A DNA stretch of 64,000 bases, from contig NW_025766991.1 in the NCBI RefSeq assembly GCF_003918875.1, positions 2,914,001 to 2,978,000 of the forward strand. Reading direction: 5' to 3'. The notes under the pieces were generated by a model, which was not told the origin of the DNA, did not search any database, and worked only from the letters and a program-made list of their open reading frames with translations. Both the position numbers and the translations under genes were made by a program. The stretch is from Haliotis rubra (lineage: Eukaryota). Below are positions 1 through 15,300 of the stretch, one piece after another. Each line of letters begins with the position of its first letter. Position 1 is the stretch's first letter.

Positions 1-354
1 CAACCCCCACAGCAGCCTGTAATAACCACTGGTCAACAGCATAATCTATTTCAGTTTGGATTATTCTCGGACAAGCTTGCAGAACTGGGGCCCATTTCTG
101 TCTGCACTTCTACAAAGTATGCAAATGTTTTATCAGACTTAAAGCTCTAAAAAACACACACCAAATACATTGTGATAAAGAGTATATAAAAACATGGGGA
201 AAGAACCTAGATCTTGTCTATACAAATCTTGTCTAAAAGAACCTAGATCTTGTCTATGACAACCTAACACATGAGATATGACAGTAGCCAGCTTCTCCTG
301 CTTATACTGCGTCATGACAGCAAAGTAACACATGTGATATGACAGTACACTCAC

Positions 355-3300
355 CAACAGCTTCTCCTGCTTAGACACGAGACAGTACGTCATGACAGCA
401 AAGTAACACATGAGCTTCATTGTGCCATGCACCTGGGGATCTGGAGAGAGAAGAGTACCATCAGGCCTCTGATAAAACAATATGCATTTAGCTTTTTTTG
501 CGTAAGAATAATTCAGACTATCTCCATAACTAATCTAGATTATTCAAAATAGCTTTGAGTTTTGAAAGAATCGCTGATTACATGCTAACTCACTGTAAAG
601 AAACCTTAAGATTTGACACTGAAGGTTCACACAGATCACTACTGTGCAACCCTGATTATAGGATACTTACATGAATGGCTGTAAATATTTTGGTAAAGTG
701 ATGTAAATTTACGGTACTACTTACCAACATATAACCTTGCCCGTGACAGGAGACTCAATAAATGCTCATAGACCTAGAACAAAAACAAACTTGTCCAACA
801 ACTGTGACCAAAGTTACATAAAAAGCAATAATGTCAATTATGTCGATGTTTAACAACCATTTAACCTGTTTATCTCACAGACAATAAATTAGTCTTATAA
901 AATCTCCTCACCTGATGCAGGACCATGAGTGCCTCTGTGGACATCTGAAAACAACAATACCAAAGTGAACATTCAAAACAAAATATTAACTTTATCATTG
1001 ACATGTGGTGTACATTTCAGAGTTCAATGCCCTGTGAGGTGAGGTGAGGTGAAATTGGGTTTAACGTCGTGCTTGAGAATATTTCGCTCATATGACGACT
1101 ATGTGTATGCGGCTGCTTGTACTAGGCCAGACTTCAGCTGGTTTTATAGTGCTAGCCCACAGAGATACCATGCCGCAGTGAAGCTTGAATACCCCACTCA
1201 GACACATTATACTGACTCCGAGCCGACCAGTCCTTGTTGTACCCATTAATGCCGAGTGCCAGGCAGGGACCAACAAGTACCATATTTTAACGTCTTTTGG
1301 TATGACATGGTCGGGGATCGAACCCGCGACCTTCCGTCAATGCCCTGTAACAAAACTGATATCAATGCAATTCCCTATTTTGACCTGTACCCCATGATGT
1401 CAAGTTTTTCAGGTGAACAAGAGCCATGTTTTTACATGTGTTTCTGACTGGCAGGCAGGATACGCTAACTTTTTCAAAAGCAATTCATACACCCATCTCA
1501 TGACATGGTGAAAATCTTACAATCCACTCTGCTTTTGGCAGAGATTTCTCATGATTATGAAAAGGATTTTGTCGTTTCGTTTTAATAACATTATTACTAG
1601 CCATTACAAGACAATATGCAGATATATTTCTCAACTTACATAAGCATGTAAAAAGGGTCAAATTTCAGGATTAACACTAGTGCTGCAAATAGTTTATTGG
1701 AAACTATGGTCGCATAATGTTAGCCAGATATGATACTCACAGCAAACTCCTTGTGCGGACTGAGCATGCTCCTGGCGGAGCGGAAAGACTGACGGAAGTG
1801 AGTGCTGGGTACTAGGGACACCAGCAGGAAGGCAGCAGCTGTAGCAGAACAAGATCTCAGTCAGTACCAGTACATTGTACAGCATTGGTCGACCATGTAC
1901 AAATACAAAGACTAAGTATGTTATATTTTGGATTACACTTTCTTAGTAATTTATACTTGTCAGAGGGAGCACAAAGTATGTGGTTTAGACCAACAGTTGT
2001 CTGACTTCCACATTGGTTACACTGTCTTGATTACACTGGTTACAATGGCCTGGTTACACTGTCTTGGTTACAAGGACCTAGTTACACTGTCTGGGTTACA
2101 ATGGCCTGGTTACACTGTCTTGGTTACAATGGCCTGGTAACACTGTCTTGGTTACAATGACATGGTTACACTGTCTTGGTTACAAGGACCTGGTTACACT
2201 GTCTTGGTTACAATGGCCTGGTTACACTGTCTTGGTTACACACTTGGTTACACTGTCTTGGTTACAATGGCCTGGTTACACTGTCTTGGTTACACACTTG
2301 GTTACACTGTCTTGGTTACAATGACCTGGTTACACTGTCTTGGTTACAATGACTGTCTTGGTTACAATGGCCTGGTTAGACTGTCTGTGTTACACTGGTT
2401 ACAATGTCTGTGTTACACTGGTTACAATGTCTTGGTTACACTGGTTACACTTTCTTGGTTACACTGGTTACAATGACCTGCTTCCCATGTTCTCTACCTA
2501 CCATTACGGACCCGGACATTGTTGTGAGCTATGAGGTACGACCTCCACTGTCTTGGTTACAATGACCTAGTTACACTGTCTTGGTTACAATGACCTAGTT
2601 ACACTGTCTTGGTTACAATGGCCTGGTTACACTGTCTTGGTTACAATGGCCTGATTACACTTGCTTGGTTACCATGACCTGGTTACAATGTCTTGGTTAC
2701 ACTGGTTACAATGTCTGTGTTACACTGTCTTGGTTACACTGGTTACACTGTCATGGTTACAATGGCCTGGTTACACTGTCTTGGTTACACTGGTTATTGA
2801 CCTGGTTACACTGGTTACACTGTCATGGTTACAATGGCCTGGTTACACTGTCTTGGTTACACTGGTTACACTGTCATGGTTACAATGACCTGGTTACACT
2901 GTCTTGGTTACACTGGTTACACTGTCTTGGTTACACTGTCATGGTTACAATGACCTGGTTACACTGTCATGGTTGCAATGACCTGGTTACACTGTCTTGG
3001 TTACACTGGTTTCACTGTCATGGTTACAATGACCTAGTTACACTGTCTTGGTTATAATGACCTAGTTACACTGTCTTGGTTACAATGGCCTGGTTACACT
3101 GTCTTGGTTACAATGGCCTGGCTCCACTGTCTTGGTTACAATGACCTAGTTACACTGTCTTGGTTACAATGGCCTGGTTACACTGTCTTGGTTACAATGG
3201 CCTGATTACACTGTCTTGGTCACAATGACCTGGTTACACTGGTTACACTGTCTTGGTTACACTGGTTACAAGGACCTGGTTACACTGGTTACAATGACCT

Positions 3301-6300
3301 GATTACACTGTCATGGTTACAATGACCTGATTACACTGTCATGGTTACACTGGTTACAATGACCTGGTTACACTGGTTACAATGACCTGATTACACTCAT
3401 GGTTACACTGGTTACAATGACCTGGTTACACTGTCTTGGTTACACTGGTTAAACTGTCCTCGTTACACTGTCTTGGTTACACTGGCTAAACTGTCCTCGT
3501 TACACTGGTTACACTTTCTTGGTTACACTGGTTACAATGACCTGCTTCCCATGTTCTCTACCTACCATTACGGACCCGGACATTGTTGTGAGCTATGAGG
3601 TACGGCTCCACCCAGTTGTCCATCTGGTTGAGAGTCCAGGCCTGGGCCAACTTGTTGCGGGTCACCTGACCGGTCATCCACTCCAGACATTGTTGCGGAC
3701 AACACTTGGTCAGCTGAAGATCAAGTTTAGTAAGAAGAACTAAATTACCTTTCCAATCTGGGTCTAGGCCATGCATGAAACTGGGACACTAACTCATAAG
3801 CAGGTTAATCGTTACCAGGTAGGTACAGTATTGTGTACTGATACAATTGCTGATATAACTGATATAATTTTGCAGTTGACAGTAAAGCAAGTTCTAAATT
3901 TATTCAAACTTGCTGATAAATCCACCTGACCAAAGTCTAGTCTCTAAACAACGCCATGATGAATTATCAACAAAGCTGTAGTAATATCTGTGAGTTCAAC
4001 AACTTATCTATCAGAGAAAACTGGTTTACCGGCTTTCACATCTTCCATATTAGTGTTCAATACCACATACCAAAATGTGGCTGTCATTTAATGAAATCCC
4101 TGATTATCTTCAACAGATGAGTACAAACAAGACTCCTCACCTCCCAGAACCTCTGCAGCACGTACTGAGTGTACTGCGGCATCCCCGGTGGGCCACCCAC
4201 AAACTCCACCAACATGGACAGCAGCTTGAAGAATGGTTGAGATTGCTGCAACACAGCATCATGCACCGTGATCATCATGTAAGTGAGTGAGTGAGTTAGT
4301 TTTACGCTGCACTCAGCAATATCCCAGCTATACGGGGCGGTCTGTAAATAATCGAGTCTGGACCAGACAATCCAGTCATCAACAGCATGAGCATCGATCT
4401 GCGCAATTGGGAACCAATGCCATGTGTCAGTGAGCCTGACCACCCAATCCCGTTAGTCGCCTCTTACAACAAGCATGGGCTACTGAAGATCAATATTCTA
4501 ACCCGGACCTTCACGGGTCTGATCATCATGTACTGAGCAGTGGGGCAAAGAAAGAACATCTTCCTTACACATAAACACTTCCATATTTACTTAGTCCTCT
4601 TTACTCAAAAAAATAATATCAATTGTCTTTCAGATACCTCACAAGCTAAACTGAGCAGATCTCTGGACTTCATCTAGTATAAACACTATGTCTACAAAGC
4701 AATCTCACTTTTCATACAGATATTTCTTGTGAATGTAAAGTCAACATAAAATCTCTCATTTATCAAGACATCTCATATACATTACTCTAGAGAAGTTTAG
4801 GACCCCCAATTCTTTCATATTGCTATGGTTCTTCTGTCCTTAACTTCTTTTGAGCAGTACATGGACAAAAGATGACTCACCTCAGGGTTCAGTTTCCTGA
4901 TGGCCCCAAACACCATATTTATCACCTGTAACACATTCTACATAAATGAGCACCAAGACATCGCAACTCAAGAAACATGGCAAAAACTCCAAAATCTTTG
5001 TCATCATGTGACAAAGTTAGTATTCTTGAACTGGGCTGGCACATTACATGTCTACAACTGAATTCAATCTCAATCCATGATATTTGTTATAGATATTTGC
5101 CGCACACCCATTTCTTAATATGGTCTTGTGATATGTCAACCAATAATCAATAAATTGGCCATTTATGAATACTATTTGAAGTATCCCTGTTTAAACAAAA
5201 ACAGTTTTACTTTGTTTAGAAACTGTATGCAACATACAGGTGAGGTGAGGTGAAATTGGGTTTAATGTCGTGCTTGAGAATATTTCGCTCATATGACGAC
5301 ATGCATGCGTGTGTATGTGTATGTGCGGCTGCTTGAACTAGCCCAGACATAAGCTGGTTTTGTAGTGCTAGCCCACTGAGATACCATGCCGCAGTGAAGC
5401 ATAAATTCCCCACTCAGACACATTATACTGACTCCAAGCCGGCCAGTCCTTGTTGTACCCATTAATGCCGAGCGCCAAGCAGGGACCAACAAGTACCATA
5501 TTTTAACGTCTTTTGGTATGACACGTTCGGGGATCGAACCCGCAACCTTCCGGCTCTCCTGGTGGACGCTCTACACCACGGAGGCGGTCGCAACATACAT
5601 ATGTAATACATCATCATCAAATGGCCCTATAAATGTGGACTATTATTATAATTATTATCATCATCCATGTCCGAGTGTTAAATACTTACTGCAACTGCTA
5701 GAGTTTCATTATATCTCGTTAAGCTAAAGATGAGATTGCACGACTGCCGGATGTTGATATTATCACGGATTTGATTGAACAGGAATGGAAAGCCCTGAAA
5801 ACAACAATGTAACAACTGTAATTCCATGTATGGGATTAAACAAAAATAATTTTAATCTGTCACAGAGCTACAATTTTGTGACATAGGTCCTTTATCTGTG
5901 CTCAAAGTAGTATCATAGACTTTAACATAGACTTTAGGCAGTCATAGTGCTTCAACCACTCTGTGACTCAGATCCTCCAGCTTCTCCTCACCTTGCCCCC
6001 AATGATGGAGTTGTAGTCCTTCTCCGAGAGATGCAGCTGTTTCTCTGCGCGAGACTTCTCCACCAGTAGAGCTATCAATGAGATCATCTTCTCCAGAGAC
6101 ATGGGGCGGTAGTTGTCATCAGTCAATGAGATCACATCTTCTTCCTCATCATCATCAGACAGGATCTCAACCTACAGTCGGAACAGAAATATAACATAAA
6201 CATTTATCTTGTGTGGGATCAATGTCAAGCAGTGTACTGAGAAAGATACAAGCAAGTATGCCAAAATCTCACACTGAAAGATTGAGAGTATAAATCCTCA

Positions 6301-9300
6301 ACTGAGAGTCTAAGGCAAGAAAGCTGTTTCAAGCTAGTACAGCGTATGTTCATGGTACTAAGACATTAAACCTCTGTACTGAACAATACAAGGAGAGTTT
6401 TGTTTAACACCACACTCAGCAATATTCCAGCTGTATAGTGGCAGTCTGTAAATAATCAAGTCAGACCAGACAATCTAGTGATCAACATCATGAGCATCGA
6501 TCTATGCAGTTTGGATAAATATAAGAGGAGAAGTGAAAGATTCAGAATGAGTTGATAAAGTGGTTTTGGTTGTACAGTTAGTAATATAAGTACTGAAAGA
6601 CAAAGGGGGCCACTTGAGAAGTAGTACCCTTGAAAGGAAAAATCAGCAGTATCACACGATAAGCTTTTAACTCTCTAACTACTGAATGTTGTTTCACACA
6701 GCTATTCAACACCTTGAGCAGTAAATAACTTAGACCCAAACAAACATACATAGTGATTGCAAGCAAGACCACAAGGCAACATGACTAGTCACAGAGCTTG
6801 ACCATCTAATCTCACTCCTTATCCAACTTACGTAATTCTCCTGGGCCTTCTGACCCATGTAGAAGGCGATCATGGTGGAGATGGCGTTGATGCTGATGAG
6901 GAAGTTACACTCCTCCTCCCCAGTTTTGGCAAACTCCAGCAGGAAGGCGAAGTACTCGGTCAGGTACTTGCTGTGCGGCCGCACACCATGTTCAATCTAC
7001 AAGACAAATACACGGTAATGATCATTTACATGTAACCGTTCAGGTGAAAGGGCGAGAAATATAAACACCAAATAAGTAAGTATTGTTGAATAGTTTATAT
7101 AAAATGTCAAAGATATAGTCACACAAGCATATACAGGCCGGAGTCCTTGAGATACCCTATGTTGAGTTCATCCCTGTCACTGATTATTTTCACAGTAAAT
7201 TGTGTCAGCACATATTTAGAGAATTAATCAGACTCTCTTTGAGAACAGGTGTGACAGTTGCGTATTCAACTTTAAAAATAAAGGATCATATGCTTTATGC
7301 TATAGATGCTATACTTTAACATTCTTTTGGATGAATTACATACGAGTACTGCGTGTATTCTACATTATTGAGTACATTATTTAATAGGCTGGTTGGTTGT
7401 TTTGTTTAAGGCCGGATTAATCTACATAATTGGGATACGATGACATGTGTCAAGCAAGTAAGCGAGCCTGACCACCCGATCCCGTTAGTCGCCTCAAAGA
7501 CAAGCATGGGTTGCTGAAGACCAATTCTAACCCGAATCTTCACGGGTACATTATTTAATTGACTCCTGCATCTATGGAATATGGGATGATAGCATAATCA
7601 GACTTACGATGGTAAGCATCTTCTTGATGAACCTTGTCACACACGACCTGTTCCCGATCTCCGTCACGTCCACAACACCATCCTCACTGCAACACCAGCA
7701 ACACATGAACTCAGACATTAATTAAATCGGGTGGTGGAAATAATTCACATTAAAAAAAATGAAGTAAATGTTATATTAACATTTCAGGAAAGTCATAACA
7801 TCTTTACAAGAGCAAGACAGTTCTCACCTCTCCACAATAGGCTGCATGTAGAGATCAAAGTGGGAGTTGACGCAGCTGACCAATTACGTGAATCACCAAT
7901 CTCTGGAACATCTGAACAAATTCAACAAAATATTATTATAAGATAGATGTCCTAAATATGACAAATCTTTAAATAAAAACAGAAAAAACAACAACAAATC
8001 TCTGTGTGAAAACTTTATTTCAACTTCGTAAGTCAAGATTCTACTTTTTAATACAATGCGCTTACATAAATAAATACATATAGATATTGTGTACAGGTGT
8101 GAACGTACCTGTCTGACCATCTGATTGGGACACTTGATGAGTATCTGCTGGGGCCACCAGTCACTGTCAGCCATGTGGTCCAGGAACCACTGCAACATCA
8201 ACACCGCCCATGAAGCAAACACTTGGCCTAAGCATGGTCAGATACTCGGCATGAATGACTGAATAACATTGGTGATCTTGTACCCTACAGAGAGTGAAGG
8301 GAGTGTGTGAATGTTGTTTTATGTCAACTGTATGTGCCTAACTTTGTGACTATCCAGCTAGACTCACCTCACAAGGGCCGGGGCAGGAGTTAAACTGTTA
8401 GGTGAGCAGTTCAATCTCCACCTCTGTATAATGTGCCTAACTGTGTGACTATCCAGCTAGAATGTCAAGTGACACCAGACTCACCTCACAAGCGGCCGGG
8501 CAGGAGTTAAACTGTTAGGTGAGCAGTTCAATCTCCACCTCTGTATAATGTGCCTAACTGTGTGACTAGCCAGCTAGAATGTCAAGTGACACCAGACTCA
8601 CCCTCACTAAAGTGGGGCAGGAGTTAAACTGTTAGGTGAGCAGTTCAATCTCCACCTCTGTATAATGTGTGCCTAACTGTGAGCAGTTCAATCTCCACCT
8701 CTGACTATTCAGCTAGAATGTCAAGTGACACCAGACTCACCTCACAAGCGGCGGGGCAGGAGTTAAACTGTTAGGTGAGCAGTTCAATCTCCACCTCTGT
8801 ATAATGTGCCTAACTGTGTGACTAGCCAGCTAGAATGTCAAGTGACACCAGACTCACCTCACAAGCGGCCGGGCAGGAGTTAAACTGTTTGGTAAGCAGC
8901 TCAATCTCCACCTCTGTATAATGTGCCTAACTGTGTGACTATCCAGCTAGAATGTCAAGTGACACCAGACTCACCTCACAAGCAAGGACAAGGCGGGGCA
9001 GGAGTTGAACTGTTTGGTAAGCAGCTCAATCCACTGTAACATTGTGGGCTGAAACAAAGGCAGACATGTGTTTTCAAAAACAATCTGTTCTTGTTTATAT
9101 TGAAAGTGAGAAATAAATCAATACAAGTGTTTGCCACTGATATGGCAATGTCCCCCGCCTCTAAAGAATGGAATATCTATCTTTACTACTAGATATTCAC
9201 ATACAAGATGCCCGTAATGACTGGTGTCTGCATAATCACCCAATGTAGGCTGTCAACATAATTGAAAACATTGGGTGCAATATTTCATGAGATATCGCGT

Positions 9301-12300
9301 TAACAAGAGTTAAAAGTGTGCAAAGTGCCGTGGTGACCTTGAAGGTAAGGTCAAGGTCGACTGGTGTCTGGGTAATCCCCCAATGTAGGCTGTCACCACA
9401 TTTGAAGACACTGGGTACAACAGTCCATGAGATATCGCGTTAACAAGAGTTTGATAAGTGGTCAGTGTCGTGGTGACCTTGAAAATAAGGTCAAGGTCAC
9501 CCAAATGGACTGGTGTCTGCGTAATCCCCCAATGTAGGATGTCACCAAATTTAAAGACATTGGGTACATCAGTTCATGAGATATCGCGTTAACAAGAATC
9601 GGGACGTACGTACGTACAGACGCCGCTGAATACATAGTCCCCCGTTCCGGCGGGGACAATGATCATAATACAACATTTATTACGTTATCACAGATGTGAT
9701 AAATCAGTAACACAATGCTTATCAGATTGTTGGCAACATCAATATGTGTGTCCCATGTTGCTGTCCCACCTTTTCTTTGGCATGTATGAGAGTTTCCAGA
9801 ACAAACGATGTGGAGAGTTGAGCTGCCTTGAGGGGGACGATACTGTTGTCATCCTTGGGGAGAGTGGTGGTGATGTACCCACAGATCTGCCACATGAACC
9901 TGAACACACAGCAATAACATCATCTCTTAACTCAGGGAACACAGACTCTGTGTTTGCTACTCATGTTGATATATTTGCATAAAAGACACCTTGATGAGAA
10001 AAACATGTAATAAGAAAGCAACCTGTGAACAGTTAAGATATGGTATACAATCAGCAAAGTCACACATCCCCATCTCAATCAACTCTCACGATAAGCATAG
10101 GTGGAGAAAATCCATTTCTAAACTTCACTGGTCAGAAAGTGTGAAAGTATTTCAGGCTGTAGCATTAAACAACATTGCACAAATTCAGCTGAGTCTCATA
10201 AGCTACCAATTGAAAAAAACATTTCTGGTGTTTCCTGCCATGATAATGCTGGAATATTGCTGCGTAAAACTAAACTATCCAAACCTTTGGGTTAAAATAA
10301 CATACAGTCACCAAGTCTGGCCTTTTGATCCTTTAAGTCACATGTAATGACCAGGAGGGGTTGGTAGGAACTGACTTATCAAATGACCATGAGGAACTAT
10401 CTAAGTATCTGTCTTGCCACTTACCCGAAGTAGGTGTGTTCGAAGAGATTCTTATCCTGTAGAAACTGAGTATTGTCTTGCCAAATCCACTGAAATTTTA
10501 CGATGAAATCAAGAACGTTAATCTGGTTATCAAGGTCTTTGTTCAAAGGGACAATTACACAAACCAAAGGATCTTGAAACATTGGAGTTACATAATTTCA
10601 TAAGTATGCAAACTTTCGCTTATACCATCACTTAACTTGAACTTAAGAGACCTCAGAGTTGTAGTGCAAAGTAACTTAATGTGGAACAACTTCTTAATAT
10701 TACACAATGAATACAAAAAGTATTCCTAGTAGTTTGGGGTTGTGCAGAGTTTTCCAGGACCATTTGCAAACATCTGTAGTGTGTTAAACAGTTATAATGA
10801 CTTTTATGCCAAGTGAGAGAGGTCTTGAGACATACATCACCAAGGTCCTTCGACAACTCAAAATTGAATTTTTTCCTCTCCTCTGTACTGTCCAGGACTT
10901 CCTCAGTCTTCTTGCCCTTGGGGCATCTCTCATAGAACAGCATGTACGCACTGTTTGTCTGGGGGCAAATGGGGGGCAAATACAGGAATAGTCTGTTTTG
11001 TCATCCTGGGTAGACACTTATTGAGACTTGAGTCTTTGACATTATTAACCATGCTTTTTAGAAGATTACTCATCTTTCAGCACTGGGATCAGACAGACCA
11101 GTGGTAGTCTCAAATCCTTTAATTATTGATATGACAGGGAATTCTTATTCAAAGTGGAAGAAAACAAAAACATATTCGTTATTTATTTGAGTACAAATAT
11201 ATACACATAATTTCTTACCTTTTCAAACGAGAAGTCCATGAACTTGTCAGTGACTGAATCATACGTCTTACTCTGTAATCAAGAAGATTATTATATGTAC
11301 TAATATACCTCTGACAAAGATACATACTTAGATGAGGTGAAGTGAAGGTATCTCACAAATTCACGATTATTTCACTCATATATTTCACCATCATATAAGT
11401 GTGAGGCAAGTGTGTAATATTGCAAGGTTCACATGGTCACCTACCGTCATTTCCCCTCCAAAACACTCTCCAGCTATCTGGCTTGGATCGAATGGCTTCA
11501 CCTCAGCATCATTGAACAGATACCTTTGAACACAAAGAGGCAGGATAACATTCCATACGTTTATCTCCTCAGCATATGTGAACATTACTTATCCTTACAT
11601 CCAAATACATCATAGCTTAATGGTCTTTAACTTCAAACAATTCATGTATAGTAGTCAATGCTGCAATGACCCTGTACAAATCCAGGTTAGAATTGGTCGT
11701 CACCAACCTATGCTTGTCATAAGAGGCAACTAATGGGATCAGGTTAACAGACTTCCTGACTTGACTGATGAGTGTCATCGTATCTCGATTCCATAGATGG
11801 ATTTATGTCAATTACATCTAAACTCAAGTACACACACAGTGCCATTATTTAACTGGAATAACGTTGACCAGAGATCTAAACAACAAACAATCTCGCAATA
11901 CACAACACTTGTCCATGTATTGTCTGGGGAGACTGACCATTTGTCCTGGCCTGTTTCCGTCTTGTTGAGTCGGTCTCGGATGAAGCTGTAGTAATGACCA
12001 CCATCGGCTGTTCCTGTGTGTACTGTCACCCCTATCAGCTCGTACTCGGAGCTCTCGTCCTCATCACTGGTGTCCACCCCCATCAGTGTCAGCTCATCCT
12101 CCTCGTCAACTACAACCACAGAACCACAGAACAACTACAACCACAGAACAACTACAACCACAGAACAATGTTACCATCATGAATGTTACCATTATGATAA
12201 GAATTCTTAACTTCGATCGTACCCAATGTGTTAAGAATGCGCCTTAGAAGTTCGTAGGGCTACGAATGTTTCAAAACTCTAGGCCCAGCTTGGCTTGTGA

Positions 12301-15300
12301 CCAATTGGGAACCAGAATATCTAATATTCTACAATATAATGCTCCTGCGGTATTTTCTATATCCATATTTTCATCATATCCTTGAAGAAAAATTTGTAAG
12401 AATGCTCCAGTATATAAGTATACATAATATACCAACTTGACTGGAAAGTCAGTAATTTAACAAATGCCTTCTCTAAGCAACTGTGCTGTGATCCTTCCTG
12501 AAGACAACTTATACTCAACTGCGTTATACAAGCGGTTCTCACACCAGGTTATCTCACCTTTGAGTTTGTCGGGGCCGAGGAGGTTCACCTCCATGTACGG
12601 CTTGATGTCCAGCCGGAGGGGGAAGGAGAAGTGGGTGTTGACCTTCTCCTTCATCATCGTCACCATGTTGAACGTGTACCTCATGGTGTTGAAACACAGA
12701 ATCTTTGGCAACTTCCGGAAACATGCTCTGAAACAACAGACACATCAACACTGACATCATGCGGATTCACTCAGCAACCCCTGGGATCTTTCCTCGCATC
12801 AATGTTACCTCTGATAGGCTGACACCGAAACTTTGTGCTGAATATTAACCTGGCTTTAATAAAAAACATACCATTCCCAATTCAGTCAAATATTCTTGAC
12901 AAAAAGGAGTGAAAGAGGCCCACCAGTGCTGTCAGCACTAGTTCAGCAACATGATAGGAGACCATTGTCAGAAAAGACATTTTAAGATGACTCTGGTCAT
13001 AGATGTCTAGGAAATCCTACAAACATCTCGACTCAAACTGATAGCAGGCAAGGGACATAACTCAGGACCTCTAACAATAGCACCGGGACACCATTCTACG
13101 GAGTGAGCATGGTTTTACTCTGCTGTTAGCAATATTCCAGCAACATGACTGAAGGACACCAGAAGTGGGCTTCACACATTGTACCTACATGGTGAATTGA
13201 ACCCACGTCTTCAGCTTGATGAGCAAATGCTTAAACCACTGGGATACCACGCCGCCCCTCATTCTAAGGAAAACTTAACAAGAATCAACGTTAACATCGG
13301 ACTTCATGGTTGCCTCTGATGATAGTTACATGTGACAGCAGAACAGATAGATTAAACAGACACTATGTTTGTACCTCTTCTCTGCCCTGACTTTCTTCTG
13401 ACACTTGGAGCAGGTGTACATGTTGTCTCCCTCTAACATGTCCTTCACTGTCACCTCATCTAACGACTCCTGCAACACAAGATAAACATCTGGCTTGAAA
13501 AATACTCACATCTTTGACCCCTTAAATTGAATCTAAATCATTACTTACAATACATAGAACTATTGTCCATACACAGAGCCAAAGTAGGGTTACTCACATA
13601 TAAGTCCTTCATGTCTGTCACCTGGCACCTCACAGTGTAGAACTCTTCAAATGTCCGACTCACATGCGGACAATCCTGCAAGGCAAGCATAGTGGCTTAT
13701 GTTGGGGTTAATTCAACAAATCCAAGTAGTAATGTTTACAGTGAGTAACTGAATTTGGGGTAGTAGCTTAAATTGGGGTTAATTCAACAGATTTGGTTTC
13801 AGTATTCTTATCTATCATCTTCACTGTTTAGTGAGATCAAGCCATATCCTAGAAACTGCATTACAATGCTTTGCTGACCATAGTGACATCAATTACTGGA
13901 ATTTGAACCCAAGACCATCAGATTCCAGGGAAACACATCAATGCATGATATTGATGACTTTGCCACCTGAGTCCCAGGTAATATTAAAAGACGACAGGTG
14001 GGGTGAGGTGAAATTGGGTTTAACATCGTGCTTGAGAATATTTCGCTCATATGACGACGTGCATGCGTGTGTATATGTATGTGCGGTTGCTTGTACTAGC
14101 CCAGACTTCAGCTGGTTTTATAGTGCTAGCCCACTGAGATACCATGCCGCAGTGAAGCAGGAATACCCCACTCAGACACATTATACTGACTCCGAGCCAA
14201 CCAGTCCTTGAACCCATTAATGCCGAGAGCCAGGCAGGGACCAACAAGTACCATATTTTAACATCTTTTGGTATGATGCGGTCGGGGATCGAACCCGCTA
14301 CCTTCCGCTCTCCGGGTGGACGCTCTAACCACTACACCACGGAGGCGGTCTTAAAAGACGACAGTTAAAAGAAGCAAAGTAATACTCACCAGAGAGACCA
14401 CATTGTTCGTGATGATTCCTCCAAACAGACTTTTAACAAGTGCTTTCTGAAATAGGAAATACAGTCTATCAATCCATATCAACAATGATAACATGTTCAA
14501 ATTGTCAAAAACTACACCAACTTGTACAAAACAAGCTTACATTTCCTTTAAGGACTGACTGACTGAGTTTGATTTTACTCCGCTTTTAGTAATATTCCAG
14601 CAACATCACGGCGGGGGACACCAGAAATGGGCTTCACACATTGTACCCATGTGGGAACTCGAACCTGAGTCTTCGGCGTGACGAGCCAACGTTTTAACCA
14701 CTAGGCTACCCCACCGCCCTTTCCTTTAAGGAAGATAAAACAAAATGGCAGAAGATAATATCTCACCATTTCTGGTCCCATCTCCTCCAGCTTTGTGATG
14801 AGATCAGTAAAGAACTCGGTCATATCTTTCTGTTCACCAGTGTTCAATGGTTGTTTGTCCATGGTATACGCCTTGCAAAAGCTCTTGGGGTTGTACGCCT
14901 TCCTCTCACTCTCCTAAACAACAGAAAAGCAATCGAGAGTCAAGTTACATCAACATCATCAAACTGAGTCTATAGCTGACCCCGTCTACTGAGGCTTCAA
15001 GTCACAGCTGGAAAATGTCAGGATCAACAAGAAGACAAAGTCATCAATATCCCCCGCAATGGCAAAAAAACTCTTCATGATTATGTCTACGAGGTATGAT
15101 TATGTCAAATATTTAGGTGTGTATATAGAAAAGTGGAAGGAGAGAACTGAAAGGTTTTGAAAGTTCTGCTCCAGAAAGGAGCACTATTACCAATTTCAGT
15201 CTAAGTCAAACTTGTTGCCATGGAAATGACAAAAAAAAAATTATTCAGAATTCCAAAACTACCAAAAGGCACCAGTACACCACCAGATCTATCTATGTGC

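Noticed and set aside
1049-1447. Recurrent short ORFs (MKLGLTSCLRIFRSYDD..., MLVPAW...)
   Set aside because: Chance frames in SINE family A, repeated at each copy.
2010-3545. Telomeric repeat
   Set aside because: The unit is GGTTACA-based with 9-14-bp periods, not TTAGGG.
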